A stretch of DNA of 64,000 nucleotides, taken from positions 26,179-90,178 of the forward strand of contig JBFHXP010000001.1 in the NCBI GenBank assembly GCA_041598875.1. The letters run 5' to 3'. The stretch comes from Desulfobulbales bacterium (lineage in GTDB: Bacteria; Desulfobacterota; Desulfobulbia; Desulfobulbales; BM004). The notes beneath the pieces were generated by a model that was not told the origin of the DNA, ran no database searches, and saw only the letters and a list, made by a program, of their open reading frames with translations. Both the position numbers and the translations under genes were made by a program. Shown here piece after piece: positions 48,295-59,029 of the stretch. How positions within the stretch are numbered: the first letter of the stretch is position 1; each line of letters opens with the position of its first letter.

Positions 48295-48873
48295 CTATCC
48301 CTTCTTCTCATCTTCCACCGGGGGGTCCGCTGGTTGCACTATATCACAGGTAAGGGCAAAGTTTTTCAACTTCTGCCCTTCCACCGTATACATGGACGAA
48401 CTCTGGAGTTCCGGGTTGGCAAAATAGGGCGATGCCTCCAGATCATTCATAAAATTCGCTATTATCGCATTATCCTGCGCCACCCCGGAAAAAATCAGTT
48501 TTCCGCCTCCCTGGGAAAGGGAAAGAAGCCACAACTTGTTCTGGGGCACCAGATTGGCAATCTCATCAACGAGCCGAACCGTGAGCCGGGAATCTTTTTT
48601 CAGGGTCGAGATGACGTTCAGCTTGGTCTCAAGGTCTGCCTTGTCTTTTTTCAGCTTTTCAATATCTTCCAGGGTGTCCTTGTAGGTGTCGCGATCAGCC
48701 TGCAGGCCGGCAATCTCCTTTTTCAGGCCACTGATCTGCCCTGACAGCAGCATGGCAATCACCCCAAGAACGACCAGGGTCGCAGCTAAAAAGGCGCCAA
48801 GCTTAATGATGTCGGCAAGGGCCTTCAGCCGTTTCTGGATCTGTTTGACCGGAAGCAGATTTATGGTAATCAT
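48295..48873 (-). CDS. pilN: Type IV pilus assembly protein PilN
   Basis: N-terminal INLLP motif (MITINLLPVKQ), a single TM and a coiled coil. Confidence 0.8.
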   Translation of the reverse strand: MITINLLPVKQIQKRLKALADIIKLGAFLAATLVVLGVIAMLLSGQISGLKKEIAGLQADRDTYKDTLEDIEKLKKDKADLETKLNVISTLKKDSRLTVRLVDEIANLVPQNKLWLLSLSQGGGKLIFSGVAQDNAIIANFMNDLEASPYFANPELQSSSMYTVEGQKLKNFALTCDIVQPADPPVEDEKKG

Positions 48874-48880
48874 GCGCGCC

Positions 48881-49990
48881 TCACAATATCGACGGCCTCA
48901 CCGCCAACCCTTTGGCGATAGCCATCTCCGGGGCGATATACGCTACATATCTGGGATCGATCTTCTTGGGATCAAAGTTCACGTCGGCAAATGGATTGTA
49001 CAGTTCCGTGGCAATCCCAGTCTCCTCAGAAAGGAACTGGGCCAGGCCGCGTACCCGGGATCCGCCCCCGCTGAGCACTACCTTCTTAAGCGCGCCCTCG
49101 GGATTATTGGAGTAGTAGAGGTCAATCGCCTTTTTTATCTCAAAGGCCCACTGGGTACAGGTGGAAATAAAAATATTTTCCAGATCCCCGAGCTTTTCTT
49201 CCGCCGGCTCACGACCGAGCTTCAAGGCCTCGGCCTCGTCAATATCAAGGCCGAAACGGTTCTGGATCTGCTCTGTCAGCTGACGGCTGCCGACAACAAC
49301 ATCCCGGGCCAGGACGGAAACACCGCCGGCCACGATATTGATACTCATCTTGGTTGCCCCGATATCGACCAGCGCCACATTCTCATCGGAATTCAACTGG
49401 GATTCAAATGAATTTTCCAGGGCAAACCCGTCCACATCAACAATTACCGCCCGCAGGCCCGCCACCTTGAGCATACCCAGAAATCCGTCGACAACATCCT
49501 TTTTCGCCGCGACCAGCATGACATCGGTGCGATCATGTTCTTCGGTTTCTGTGTGGAGGTTCTGGTAATCGAGATAGACGTCCTCGATATCAAAGGGAAT
49601 ATACTGGCCGGCCTCGGCCTGGATATACTCTTCCAGCTCTTCATCGCTCATTGCCGCAAGGTTGATCCGCTTGACGATGACCGAATACCCGGAAACGGTT
49701 ATCGCCACCCTTTTTTCCTTGATTTTGAGGTTTTTGAAAAGGGCGGTAACAACGCCGGCAACCGCCTCGGGGTCCTGAAGAGTTCCCTCTTCAACCGCGC
49801 CGACCGGAAGCACAGCGGTTCCAAGGCTCACAAGGTGAAAGCCGGATTTTGTTTCACAGAGTTGACACAATTTGACCGAATGGGAACCGATATCAAGGGC
49901 AATGGCGTGATTGCCGATATCCCGCATTGTGCCCCCGAAGGATGGAAGTCTCAACGGCATTTTCAGTTTAGGTAGACGAAACCTCCCCAT
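48881..49990 (-). CDS. pilM: Type IV pilus assembly ATPase-fold protein PilM
   Basis: Actin-like fold motifs ALDIGSHSVKL, VVDVDGFALEN and LSGGGSRVRGL. Confidence 0.9.
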   Translation of the reverse strand: MGRFRLPKLKMPLRLPSFGGTMRDIGNHAIALDIGSHSVKLCQLCETKSGFHLVSLGTAVLPVGAVEEGTLQDPEAVAGVVTALFKNLKIKEKRVAITVSGYSVIVKRINLAAMSDEELEEYIQAEAGQYIPFDIEDVYLDYQNLHTETEEHDRTDVMLVAAKKDVVDGFLGMLKVAGLRAVIVDVDGFALENSFESQLNSDENVALVDIGATKMSINIVAGGVSVLARDVVVGSRQLTEQIQNRFGLDIDEAEALKLGREPAEEKLGDLENIFISTCTQWAFEIKKAIDLYYSNNPEGALKKVVLSGGGSRVRGLAQFLSEETGIATELYNPFADVNFDPKKIDPRYVAYIAPEMAIAKGLAVRPSIL

Positions 49991-50327
49991 CTATCTTCTC
50001 TCTCCCAGGGCTCTCTCGTGACCAGGCAACCCTATGAATAAACTTAAAAAAAAATTTCCAGCCCATCGTGGGCCTCACCATCCGCCCCCCCGGGGAAGAC
50101 ACTCCTCCCCACCCGTTACCACGCAGACAGTTAGAACAATCATGTCATATGGAACCCAATATCAAGGTCTTGTCAAGACAAATCTTTGACAACAGGCCGT
50201 TTTTATGGCGGAAATTTTTATGGTGGATAAATCTCGCCGACCTTTTTCAATAACGTAAAATCAGAAAACAAATTCGTTAAATCCAGTGCAATGATCTTGT
50301 GTTTTCCGTGGTTTTGGATTACTTAAG

Positions 50328-51035
50328 GTGTGCAATTTTAAGATACTATATAATACACGCACGAGAGGAGCTTCTCCTTTGTCTGAAGAAAAGAGCATAC
50401 CGCAAGAAAAATCAGTGGCACGGGAGTATGCCGAGGCGATTGTCATTGCCCTGCTCCTCGCCCTTTTTATTCGGACCTTCATTGTCCAGGCCTTTAAAAT
50501 CCCCTCCGGATCGATGAAAAACACCCTTCTTGTCGGGGATCACATCCTGGTCAACAAGTTTCTCTACGGTATCCGGAACCCGGTCAGCGGCCATGTGCTG
50601 ATCCCGGTCACAAAACCACAGCACAACGATGTTATCGTCTTCAAATATCCCCTCAATCCGGATCAGGACTATATCAAACGGGTCATCGGAGTGGAGGGAG
50701 ACACGGTGGAAATTATCGACAAGCAGGTCTATGTCAACAACCAGCCCGTTGACAACAGCAACAGCATCTTTCTCGACCCCAACATTCTGCCGGCATCTCA
50801 AGGAAAAAACCGGGATAATCTGGCCCCGGTGACGATCCCTGAAAATTCATATTTCGTCATGGGAGACAACCGCGACCAGAGCTATGACAGCCGTTTCTGG
50901 AATTTTGTCGAAATGGACGCGATCAAGGGAAAGGCCTTTATACTTTACTGGTCATGGGATAAAGATGATTTTGCATGGAAATGGAATCGTTTTTTCCCGG
51001 TCCGGTGGAATCGAGTCGGCAAACTTGTTCACTGA
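50328..51035 (+). CDS. lepB: Signal peptidase I
   Basis: IPSGSMKNTLLVGDHILV (catalytic Ser box), YIKRVIG and GDNRDQSYDSRFW boxes. The true start is probably TTG at 50379, which has AGGAG 8 nt upstream. Confidence 0.9.
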   Translation: MCNFKILYNTRTRGASPLSEEKSIPQEKSVAREYAEAIVIALLLALFIRTFIVQAFKIPSGSMKNTLLVGDHILVNKFLYGIRNPVSGHVLIPVTKPQHNDVIVFKYPLNPDQDYIKRVIGVEGDTVEIIDKQVYVNNQPVDNSNSIFLDPNILPASQGKNRDNLAPVTIPENSYFVMGDNRDQSYDSRFWNFVEMDAIKGKAFILYWSWDKDDFAWKWNRFFPVRWNRVGKLVH

Positions 51036-51104
51036 TGCTCCGTTATTCCTCGTGTAACTCCCCGAAGCGTCGGCGGGCAGCGGCCTTATATCATGTGAGA
51101 CGCT

Positions 51105-52046
51105 ATGAATCCTGACTACATCTTCAGGCACAGGCACATTCTCGGGCTCGACCAACTCTCCTGCGAGGATATCAACCATATCCTGCAGACCGCGGAGTCA
51201 TTCAAGGAGATCTCCTCCCGGGCCATCAAGAAGGTCCCGACTCTGCGCGGCAAAACGGTCATCAGCCTCTTTTTCGAGCCAAGCACCCGCACCCGGCTTT
51301 CCTTTGAGATTGCCGCCAAGCGGATGAGCGCCGACACCTTTAACATCACCGCGGCAACAAGCAGCGCAAAAAAGGGCGAATCCCTCATCGACACGGCCCG
51401 GAATCTCGAGGCAATGCGCCCCGATGTCATTATCCTTCGCCACTCCATGTCCGGGACCCCCCACCTGCTGAGCCGCCATATCTCCACCTCGATCATCAAT
51501 GCCGGCGACGGCCTCCACGAACATCCCAGCCAGGGTCTGCTCGATCTGCTTACCGTTCGCGAGCATAAAAAAGAGATCAAGGGGTTACGGCTGGCAATTA
51601 TCGGCGATATCGCCCACAGCCGGGTGGCCCACTCCAACATCATCGGTTTTACAAAAATGGGCGCCACGGTCACGGTTTCCGGCCCGGCCACCTTTATTCC
51701 CAGAGATGTGGAAAAACTCGGGGCCACGGTCGCCTCCTCGGTGGGTGAAGCAATCCGCGACGCGGACGTGATCATGGCCCTGCGTATCCAGAAAGAGCGC
51801 CAGGACGACCCGCTCATCCCATCGCTCAAGGAGTATGCGGCCCAGTTCGGAATTACCCGGAGAGTTCTCGAATCAGCAAAACCGGATGCCCTGATAATGC
51901 ACCCCGGACCGATAAACCGCGGCGTGGAAATAACCCCGGATGTCGCCGATGGCCCCCATTCGGTCATACTTGACCAGGTTACCAACGGAGTTGCGGTGCG
52001 GATGGCCCTTCTCTATCTGATCATGGGAAATACCCTGAACCCATGA
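51105..52046 (+). CDS. pyrB: Aspartate carbamoyltransferase catalytic subunit
   Basis: FFEPSTRTRLSFE, HPSQGLLD and HPGPINRG motifs. Confidence 0.95.
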   Translation: MNPDYIFRHRHILGLDQLSCEDINHILQTAESFKEISSRAIKKVPTLRGKTVISLFFEPSTRTRLSFEIAAKRMSADTFNITAATSSAKKGESLIDTARNLEAMRPDVIILRHSMSGTPHLLSRHISTSIINAGDGLHEHPSQGLLDLLTVREHKKEIKGLRLAIIGDIAHSRVAHSNIIGFTKMGATVTVSGPATFIPRDVEKLGATVASSVGEAIRDADVIMALRIQKERQDDPLIPSLKEYAAQFGITRRVLESAKPDALIMHPGPINRGVEITPDVADGPHSVILDQVTNGVAVRMALLYLIMGNTLNP

Positions 52047-52106
52047 CCGCAGGCGTACCGGAGTACGGCGAGCACATGCTTCTGCGGATCGACACCGGGA
52101 TTTTTT

Positions 52107-52133
52107 AAAAGTGGCGTTTCCGGATGAAAACTA
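52107..52133 (+). repeat. Intergenic repeat family 2, 27-mer module between pyrB and pyrC
   Basis: Identical to 36064..36090. It ends 26 nt before the pyrC ATG. Confidence 0.9.
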
Positions 52134-52159
52134 GATACGGGTGGTGAGGAAGTACGCTG

Positions 52160-53440
52160 ATGGCAGAGATTCTATTAAAAAACGGAAGGATAATCGACCC
52201 GGCAAACAAAACTGACGCGGTTGGCGACATCCTGGTGGCCGATGGCAGGATTGTCTCGGTGCGCACGGGCAGAAAACGAAAGTTCACCGGCCAGACCATA
52301 GACTGCTCCGGCAAATGGGTCGTTCCCGGGCTCATTGACATGCACGTTCATCTTCGCGAACCAGGAGAGGAGTACAAGGAAACCATAGAAAGCGGCGCCC
52401 GGGCCGCGGCTGCCGGCGGATTCACCGCCGTGGCCTGCATGCCCAACACCCAGCCGGTAAACGACTGCCAGAGCGTCACCCGTCTTATCCTTGAAAAGGC
52501 GCGAGAGGCCGCGGTGCGGATCTACCCGGTGGGGGCGATCAGCCGGGAAAGTCGAGGCGAGGTCCTGGCTGAATACGGGGAGATGAAAAAGGCCGGTATT
52601 GTTGCACTCTCCGATGACGGCCGTCCGGTGATCAACAGTCAGTTGATGCGCCGGGCCATGGAGTATGCCAGCAACTACGGATTACTGATTATCTCCCACT
52701 CCGAGGACCCATACCTGGGCAGGGGCTCCATGAACGAGGGATTTCTCGCAACCAAGCTGGGCCTCAAGGGGATCCCCTGCGCAGCTGAGGAGATCATGGT
52801 CTACCGGGAACTGAGCCTTTCAGAGTTTACCGGTCTGCCGGTCCACATCGCCCATATAAGCACCAGGGAATCGGTCAGCCTGATCCGCAGGGCCAAGGCC
52901 AAGGGGCTTCCGGTCACCGCCGAAACAGCGCCCCATTACTTTTCCTTAACCGAGGAGGCGGTGGAATCCTATAATACCAACGCCAAAATGAATCCCCCCC
53001 TGCGGGGTGAAGCTGACCGTGAAGCGATTATCGAGGGGCTTCTCGACGGCACCATCGATGTCATTGCAACGGACCATGCCCCGCACAGCACCCTGGAAAA
53101 AGACGTTGAGTTCGAGGCGGCGGCCAACGGGATTATCGGCCTTGAAACCTCAGTTCCCCTGGCCCTGGCCCTGGTCAGAGAAAAAAATCTTTCTCCCGCA
53201 AGGATGGTGGAGTTGATGGCGGTCAATCCGGCACGGATCCTCAAGGTTTCCGGGGGATCTTTAACAGAGGGCGCTCAAGCGGATATCACGGTGATTGATC
53301 CGGACCTGGAATTTCTCTACGCAAGGGATCAGGTGGTCTCACGGAGCAGGAACTCACCCTTTCTCGACACAACCCTGCGCGGCAGGGCGGTGCTGACCAT
53401 GGTGGACGGCACCATCCGTTTCAACTCGAGGGCATCTTGA
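52160..53440 (+). CDS. pyrC: Dihydroorotase (multifunctional-complex type)
   Basis: Metal-binding residues DMHVHLREPG, plus HISTRESV and ATDHAPH motifs. Confidence 0.93.
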   Translation: MAEILLKNGRIIDPANKTDAVGDILVADGRIVSVRTGRKRKFTGQTIDCSGKWVVPGLIDMHVHLREPGEEYKETIESGARAAAAGGFTAVACMPNTQPVNDCQSVTRLILEKAREAAVRIYPVGAISRESRGEVLAEYGEMKKAGIVALSDDGRPVINSQLMRRAMEYASNYGLLIISHSEDPYLGRGSMNEGFLATKLGLKGIPCAAEEIMVYRELSLSEFTGLPVHIAHISTRESVSLIRRAKAKGLPVTAETAPHYFSLTEEAVESYNTNAKMNPPLRGEADREAIIEGLLDGTIDVIATDHAPHSTLEKDVEFEAAANGIIGLETSVPLALALVREKNLSPARMVELMAVNPARILKVSGGSLTEGAQADITVIDPDLEFLYARDQVVSRSRNSPFLDTTLRGRAVLTMVDGTIRFNSRAS

Positions 53441-53474
53441 AAAAGTACTCTTCGCTCAAATGTTCCTGAACCGG

Positions 53475-53516
53475 AGAATGTCGAACAAGGAATTTCGAAT
53501 CATCATTCGATATTCA
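53475..53516. repeat. Palindromic intergenic repeat family 1, copy B
   Basis: GAGAATGTCGAACAAGGAATTTCGAATCATCATTCGATATTC shares an exact 23-mer (TCGAACAAGGAATTTCGAATCAT) with copy C. Confidence 0.75.
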
Positions 53517-53652
53517 CGTAGTTGAGATCAGAGTCTCGCAGACTCGCTTTCCTCTGAGGATAAAATTTTGAGCAGATACAGAGACCGGACAAGATACGCG
53601 TAGACTTCGAAAGAGAATTATTCAATATGGCCTTAACTCGGACGAGTGGACC

Positions 53653-54660
53653 TTACCGGACAAGGGCATACCGCTTCTGAATCAGCGTCAGCCGGCTTTC
53701 ACTTTGCATGAGACGCTCACGGCTGATCATCCCCTGCTCACAGGCATCATCCATCGCTGCAATCGACCGCGCAACCTTCTGGTGATCCTCACAGATGAGA
53801 AGAATGTCCGCGCCGGCGACAAAGGCGTCGCAGGCGGCCTTTTCCACCAGCCCCTCATTTTCAATGGCCCCCATCTCCAGATCATCGGTGATCACCAGCC
53901 CGTTGTACTGCAAATCCCCTCTCAGCAGATCGGTAAGTATCCGGGAAGAGAGGGTGGCTGGAAATGCCGGATCCAGATGGCTGTAAATGGTATGGGAGGT
54001 CATGATCGCGGCAACACCCGCCCGGATTGCCGCCCGGAAGGGCACCAGATCAACGGCAAGAATCCCGTCCAGGGGCCGGTTCACCGTGGGCAGGTGATGG
54101 TGGGGATCGGTCTTTGCCGCGCCCAGTCCGGGAAAATGCTTGGCGCAGGCGGCAATGCCTTGCTCCTGGAAAGTGGTTATGATCAGCGATCCCAGGCGGC
54201 CGGCCTTTTCCGGATCTTCCCCCAGGGACCGCCGCTCCATGAAATAGCTCTCCCCCCCTGCGCAGACATCAAGAACCGGGGCAAGATTCATATTGACCCC
54301 GATATCGAGCAGTTCCCGGCCGCACACCCGGGCATACTCGGCCAGGGATTTTTCAGGGTCAGCAGACCCGGCCAGCTTCCGGGCATCGCTGAACTGGGTA
54401 AATGGCGGCGGCAGACGGGTGACCGTCCCCCCCTCCTGATCTATGGAAATGAGCGGCGGATCGAGATTTCTTTTGCGACAGGCGCTACGCAGCCCGGCGG
54501 TCAGTTCGCGCAACTGCTCCCGGCTTCCGACATTCCTGGCAAAAAGAATGAACTGGTTGATTCCGTAATCGCCGATCAGATCACGGGTGGACGGGTCAAG
54601 CTCCGTACCCGGCAGACCGATCATGAAAAAACGACCAGGATTCACCCCGCGTCCGGTCAT
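53653..54660 (-). CDS. nagZ: Beta-N-acetylhexosaminidase (GH3)
   Basis: [26 protein letters not shown] and ITDDLEMGA motifs. The start at 54660 overlaps the queC stop (ATGA). Confidence 0.85.
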   Translation of the reverse strand: MTGRGVNPGRFFMIGLPGTELDPSTRDLIGDYGINQFILFARNVGSREQLRELTAGLRSACRKRNLDPPLISIDQEGGTVTRLPPPFTQFSDARKLAGSADPEKSLAEYARVCGRELLDIGVNMNLAPVLDVCAGGESYFMERRSLGEDPEKAGRLGSLIITTFQEQGIAACAKHFPGLGAAKTDPHHHLPTVNRPLDGILAVDLVPFRAAIRAGVAAIMTSHTIYSHLDPAFPATLSSRILTDLLRGDLQYNGLVITDDLEMGAIENEGLVEKAACDAFVAGADILLICEDHQKVARSIAAMDDACEQGMISRERLMQSESRLTLIQKRYALVR

Positions 54661-55388
54661 GAATCCCCCCCCCCGGCGTCGTAAACCGGGCGGCAATAGG
54701 AAAGCGGGTCAACGAGTCCGGCATCGGCAAACCCCTTAAGCCGGAGCAGACAGGCATCGCACTCGCCGCAGGCAAAGAGAACCCCCTCAATTACTTGGGG
54801 ATCATAGCAGCTGTGGGTCTGGCTGTAATCCACGCCAAGGGAGACCCCTTTTTCAATGATTTCCCTTTTGCTGAGCTGCATCAGCGGGGCATGAATCGTG
54901 ATCTTCTTGCCCTGCTGCGTCCCGGAACGGGTGGCAAGTCCGGCGAGTTTTTCAAAGGTTTTCAAGAATTCCGGCCGGCAATCGGGGTATCCGCTGTAAT
55001 CCAGGGCATTGACGCCGATAAATATATCCCCGGCCCCGACCACCTCGGCCCAGGCCATGGCATATGACAGAAAAATGGTGTTGCGGCCAGGAACATAGGT
55101 GACGGGAATCCCTTTTTTCATCTCCGCAAAGTCCCGTCCCTTTGGGACTGCCATTGAGGTGGTCAGGGCCGAGCCGCCGATCCTGTCCAGATCGATCTTC
55201 AGGACCATATGGTCGCTGGCGCTGAAAATCGCGGCATTGGCCCGGGCCTTTTCCAGTTCCATGGACTGGCGCTGACCATACTCAAAACTCAGGCAATAGC
55301 AGGCATACCCCTGGGCCCGGGCAATGGCAAGCACCGTGGTGGAGTCCAGGCCGCCGCTTAAAAGAACAATCGCTTTCAGGGAATTCAT
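54657..55388 (-). CDS. queC: 7-cyano-7-deazaguanine synthase
   Basis: N-terminal PP-loop [10 protein letters not shown] and a C-terminal Cys cluster (HSCYD..CGECDAC). Confidence 0.95.
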   Translation of the reverse strand: MNSLKAIVLLSGGLDSTTVLAIARAQGYACYCLSFEYGQRQSMELEKARANAAIFSASDHMVLKIDLDRIGGSALTTSMAVPKGRDFAEMKKGIPVTYVPGRNTIFLSYAMAWAEVVGAGDIFIGVNALDYSGYPDCRPEFLKTFEKLAGLATRSGTQQGKKITIHAPLMQLSKREIIEKGVSLGVDYSQTHSCYDPQVIEGVLFACGECDACLLRLKGFADAGLVDPLSYCRPVYDAGGGDS

Positions 55389-55410
55389 CTCGTAGATTTT
55401 TTTTGATACT

Positions 55411-55453
55411 TAGTTTTCATCCGGAAAAAACAGACTTTCCGGAGGGACACTAC
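55411..55453 (-). repeat. Intergenic repeat family 2, contiguous copy upstream of queC
   Basis: The minus strand reads GTAGTGTCCCTCCGGAAAGTCTGTTTTTTCCGGATGAAAACTA. It combines the hairpin module with the ...TTTCCGGATGAAAACTA end of the 27-mer. It ends 22 nt before the queC ATG. Confidence 0.85.
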
Positions 55454-55497
55454 TGCATATAAGCCGCTCACAGTGAGCAACACTGGAATCAGGGTGT

Positions 55498-55725
55498 TCA
55501 CTTTAGCGGTCGAAACAGGACAGGGCAAGAAATAATCGCGCATCCGCCTGATTCTTCGGGCCAGCCCCGCTCTGTTGCCGCTCCTGATAACCGGGTTACG
55601 GTCCGAGAGAAAAGGGCAGCGGCAAGAAATCGCTTGTATCGTTGCAGCAGAACCGCGGGCTGCAGGGGTTCGCTAAATCGCACCTTTTTCTCCTTTCCGC
55701 AACAGGGCAGTGACAGCTTCGCCAA
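55498..55725 (-). pseudogene. sfsA: sfsA (sugar fermentation stimulation protein) remnant with an internal deletion and frameshift
   Basis: The translated FSEPLQPAVLLQRYKRFLA matches the SfsA N-terminus (E. coli FSPPLQRATLIQRYKRFLA). It jumps directly to AATERG (SfsA DAVTERG, ~130 residues later) and then loses frame. Only about 75 codons remain of a normal ~230. Confidence 0.5.
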
Positions 55726-55803
55726 AATATGCTTTTTTATATGCGGTTCTTTGTTTTCCTGAATCCGGGAACGATACCATAAAATTAAAGCCCAGGGTCC
55801 GGT

Positions 55804-57336
55804 TTGACTTCACTGCACAGAGAATACTTTTTTTTCACCCTCATACTGGCTGCCGGTATTGTCCTGCGCTTTGCCGATATTACCCTGAAACCGGTTCACT
55901 TTGACGAAAGTATCAATGGATACTTTGTCAACCAGATATGGCAAAATGGTTTTTTCACCTATTCACCGGATAATTTTCACGGCCCCCTCCTCTTTTATCT
56001 CTTCCAGATCTCTGAAAAAATATTCGGCTTCGGTATCCATTCCTTCAGATACGTAACCGCCTTCTTCTCCCTGGCGACCCTTGCGCTTGTCCTGCGGACC
56101 AGATTCCTTTTCAGGGAAAACGGCCATTTATGCGCGGCCACAATCCTGGCACTCAGTCCGGGCATGGTCTTCTTCGGCCGGTCGGCGATCCATGAAGCGA
56201 TGTTTGTTTTTTTTCAGATACTGTGGCTCGCGGGATTTATAATGACCCTTTACGCCCGGGACCGGCAAGGGGTCTGGTGGTTTTTTACCGGTATACTCGG
56301 CTGCGCCCTGCTCAAGGAAACATGGGTTATCACCGCAGCGGTTTTCTTTCTTTCCTGGGGATGGATCAACCTCTCGCCGGGCCTGGTTCGTTTCCTGAAA
56401 ATCTCCTGGCGACTCATCCCCCCTCCCCGGGCGCCCTTTATAGAAAAGGGGGAGGCCGTTAAAATCCTTGTTCTCTGCAGTGGGGTGTGGCTCGCCTTTT
56501 ACACCGGATTCTTCCGGAACGCCCAGGGGGCGTCGGATTTCTTTACCGCCCTGATCCCATGGATGAAAACCGGGGTCAGTTCCTCCGGCCACTCCAAGGA
56601 TTTCTTCTACTGGTTCCGCTTGGCAATGCGGTACGAATGGATAGCGCTCGGGGGCCTTCTGGCCGCGGCAGCCGGTATCTTCAGCAGCTCCTGGCAGGTA
56701 CGTTTTTTTTCCTTCTTTGCCCTTGCCAACGGGCTTGTCTATGCCCTCATCCCCTACAAGACCCCCTGGTGTTTTATCACCATCCTCTGGCCCTTTGTCT
56801 TTGTTGTCGGCTTCTGGTTCGATTCGCTTGTTGAAAAGATACGGAACAGGCGAGCGGCGGTGCTGCTCTTTTTTCTCCTGACCGCGGTCCTGCTGGGCAG
56901 GTCCGTTTTCAGCGCCCATGCGCTTAATTTCAGACAGATGACCGATCCCCGGGAGCCCTATGTCTATGTCCAGACCCATACCGACTATGCCCTTATTGAA
57001 AAGATCATTGCCGCAAGACTTGCGGAAAACCCGGCAGCGCGGAACATGGTGATGGAGGTCCCGCTCAATGATACCTGGCCGTTTCCCTGGACTCTCTCCC
57101 GGTTTCCACACCTTCGATACACCGAGGATAAAGCCCCCCTGACCCCTGGCGCCGACCTGATCATAGCCGAAAGAAATACCCCGGCCGAAGCCCTGGCCCA
57201 GGGCTATTTCTTTCGGGAGATCGCAGTGCGCGATGCCCGGGAATTTATGGCTGTCTACCTGAAAAAATCCACCTTCCGGGAGCTGGATTTACCCGGCTTT
57301 ACTCCGATTCCACCATCCGGGGCAGAGGGGCATTGA
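55804..57336 (+). CDS. TIGR03663-family GT-C-like membrane glycosyltransferase (PMT_2-related)
   Basis: Polytopic protein. The N-terminal loop carries the family hallmarks DE (HFDESINGY) and HGP (NFHGPLLFY). Confidence 0.75.
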   Translation: MTSLHREYFFFTLILAAGIVLRFADITLKPVHFDESINGYFVNQIWQNGFFTYSPDNFHGPLLFYLFQISEKIFGFGIHSFRYVTAFFSLATLALVLRTRFLFRENGHLCAATILALSPGMVFFGRSAIHEAMFVFFQILWLAGFIMTLYARDRQGVWWFFTGILGCALLKETWVITAAVFFLSWGWINLSPGLVRFLKISWRLIPPPRAPFIEKGEAVKILVLCSGVWLAFYTGFFRNAQGASDFFTALIPWMKTGVSSSGHSKDFFYWFRLAMRYEWIALGGLLAAAAGIFSSSWQVRFFSFFALANGLVYALIPYKTPWCFITILWPFVFVVGFWFDSLVEKIRNRRAAVLLFFLLTAVLLGRSVFSAHALNFRQMTDPREPYVYVQTHTDYALIEKIIAARLAENPAARNMVMEVPLNDTWPFPWTLSRFPHLRYTEDKAPLTPGADLIIAERNTPAEALAQGYFFREIAVRDAREFMAVYLKKSTFRELDLPGFTPIPPSGAEGH

Positions 57337-57337
57337 T

Positions 57338-59029
57338 ATGGCGCCGGCACTCCTGCTCCATCTCGTGGTTTCCACCGCCGTTGCCATGTCCCTTGGCCTT
57401 ATGGCCGGCAGCATCACCCCACAGGTATCGATCATAAGCCTCTTTGCCGGCCTGCTGGCCGCACTCGCCGGCTACCGGGCGCTGGCCGGCGACCGCGGAC
57501 TCTTTCCCGGCATCCCCTTTTTTCCCGGCGTCTTTTGCGGCCTCCTTGTTTTTGCCGGCCTGTACCATTTTCTCTTTCTTCTCTACTATGCCAACCATGG
57601 CCTGAGCACCCTGCACCTCAACAACTTCGGCGACCTCACCCTCCATATCCAGTACATCCGCCACATGGCCAATGGCAACCATTTCTGGCCGGACAATCCG
57701 GGATTTTCCGGGATCATCCAGACCTACCCCCTGGGAATGGATCTCTATAACGCCCTCTGGGAGACCCTCGGCGTTGCCATTGACAGCCACCTCTTTGTCA
57801 CCGGCGTTGTCATGACCATTCTAGCGGTATCGGAACTCTATCGCTGGATGGGCTGGTGGGGGGTCGGGGCATTTTTTCTTAATAACGGCCTGGCAAACTG
57901 GCAGGTGCTGGTTACCGGCGAGTTGGTTGATTACCAGAACGGGCTGGCCTGGAAGAATTTTTTTCTCTCCCTGTGGATTACCCAGAGAGGTTTTCTCTTT
58001 GCCCTGCCGGCCGGAATCTATGTTATCAGGATGATCACCGGGACACTGCTTGGCGAGCGGACCCTCACCAGGTTTGAAAAAATCACCTGCGCCCTCCTGT
58101 GGGCAGGACTCGCCTGGTTTCATCTCCACACCTTTTTCATCATTTCCCTTGCCCTCGGCATCCTGATCCTCTTCTACGGCAAGATCCGGCAACTGCTCTC
58201 GGTTATCATCCCGGTCCTGGCGGTGGGAATCGTTTTTGTCACCTTCTCCACCAACTTCTTTTCCCAGGCGGGGGTGATCCATCTGTCGTGGGGCTGGCTG
58301 CCGGAAAAGGAGAATCTTGCCCGGGCCTGGCTCCATAACCTTGGCCCCTGGATTCTGCTCCCTCTTGCCGCCATTCTTCTGATATTTCACAAAAAACAGG
58401 CCGCGCTCCGGCCGATTGCCGCCGTTGTTGCCGCCCTGTTTCTCGTTTTCAGCTCGGTGATGGTCGCGCCCTGGGACTGGGACACCATCAAGGTGCTGCT
58501 CTGGCTCCACCTCCTGATGGCCTGGCTGGCCTGGAGGGTCTGGATCTCCCGGCTTTCTCCCGCTCCCGCCACCATCCTCGCCTGCCTGCTTTTTTTCCCC
58601 GGCGCCATATCGCTGGCATCATCTTTTTCCAGCCCCGGCGTCCAGCTCTATCAGGCCTCTGAGCTCTCGGAATCCAGGGCCGCGCTCATTGATCTTCCCC
58701 TGGACAGTGTCCTCGCCATAGCCCCGGGCCCCAATCACCCGGCAATGTTCTGGGGGTCGGCGGTTGCCATGGGATATCCCGGCCATATCTGGTCCCATGG
58801 GATTGATGACCAGGACCGGGAACGTCTTTTAGACGATCTTTTCCGGGGAAGGGAAAACTGGTTTTCCGCGGCCCGGACCATGGGCGTTACCCATATCTAT
58901 TGGGGGGAGGGCGAGAAAAGGGCCTATGGCGCGGCCACTGCCCCGTGGCACGCCCTGCTTGAAAACATCTCACGCTCAGAGCATATCGCGGTCTATGACC
59001 TGCAGGGGTATCTTCCCGGAGGACCCTGA
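57338..59029 (+). CDS. Large polytopic membrane protein of unknown function (possible partner of TIGR03663; TIGR03662/DUF2298-like?)
   Basis: 563 aa with more than 10 TM helices and a C-terminal soluble ~120 aa. Its start lies 2 nt after the upstream stop and its own stop overlaps the GT2 start. Confidence 0.55.
   Translation: MAPALLLHLVVSTAVAMSLGLMAGSITPQVSIISLFAGLLAALAGYRALAGDRGLFPGIPFFPGVFCGLLVFAGLYHFLFLLYYANHGLSTLHLNNFGDLTLHIQYIRHMANGNHFWPDNPGFSGIIQTYPLGMDLYNALWETLGVAIDSHLFVTGVVMTILAVSELYRWMGWWGVGAFFLNNGLANWQVLVTGELVDYQNGLAWKNFFLSLWITQRGFLFALPAGIYVIRMITGTLLGERTLTRFEKITCALLWAGLAWFHLHTFFIISLALGILILFYGKIRQLLSVIIPVLAVGIVFVTFSTNFFSQAGVIHLSWGWLPEKENLARAWLHNLGPWILLPLAAILLIFHKKQAALRPIAAVVAALFLVFSSVMVAPWDWDTIKVLLWLHLLMAWLAWRVWISRLSPAPATILACLLFFPGAISLASSFSSPGVQLYQASELSESRAALIDLPLDSVLAIAPGPNHPAMFWGSAVAMGYPGHIWSHGIDDQDRERLLDDLFRGRENWFSAARTMGVTHIYWGEGEKRAYGAATAPWHALLENISRSEHIAVYDLQGYLPGGP

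Noticed and set aside
55389-55453. PreQ1-I riboswitch upstream of queC (a hairpin followed by an A-rich ...AAAACUAAG tail)
   Set aside because: There is a superficial resemblance to the preQ1-I tail. However, the same TTTCCGGATGAAAACTA end occurs upstream of nadB and pyrC, which are unrelated to queuosine. The loop also lacks the conserved preQ1-I nucleotides as far as I can recall. An Infernal scan would settle it.
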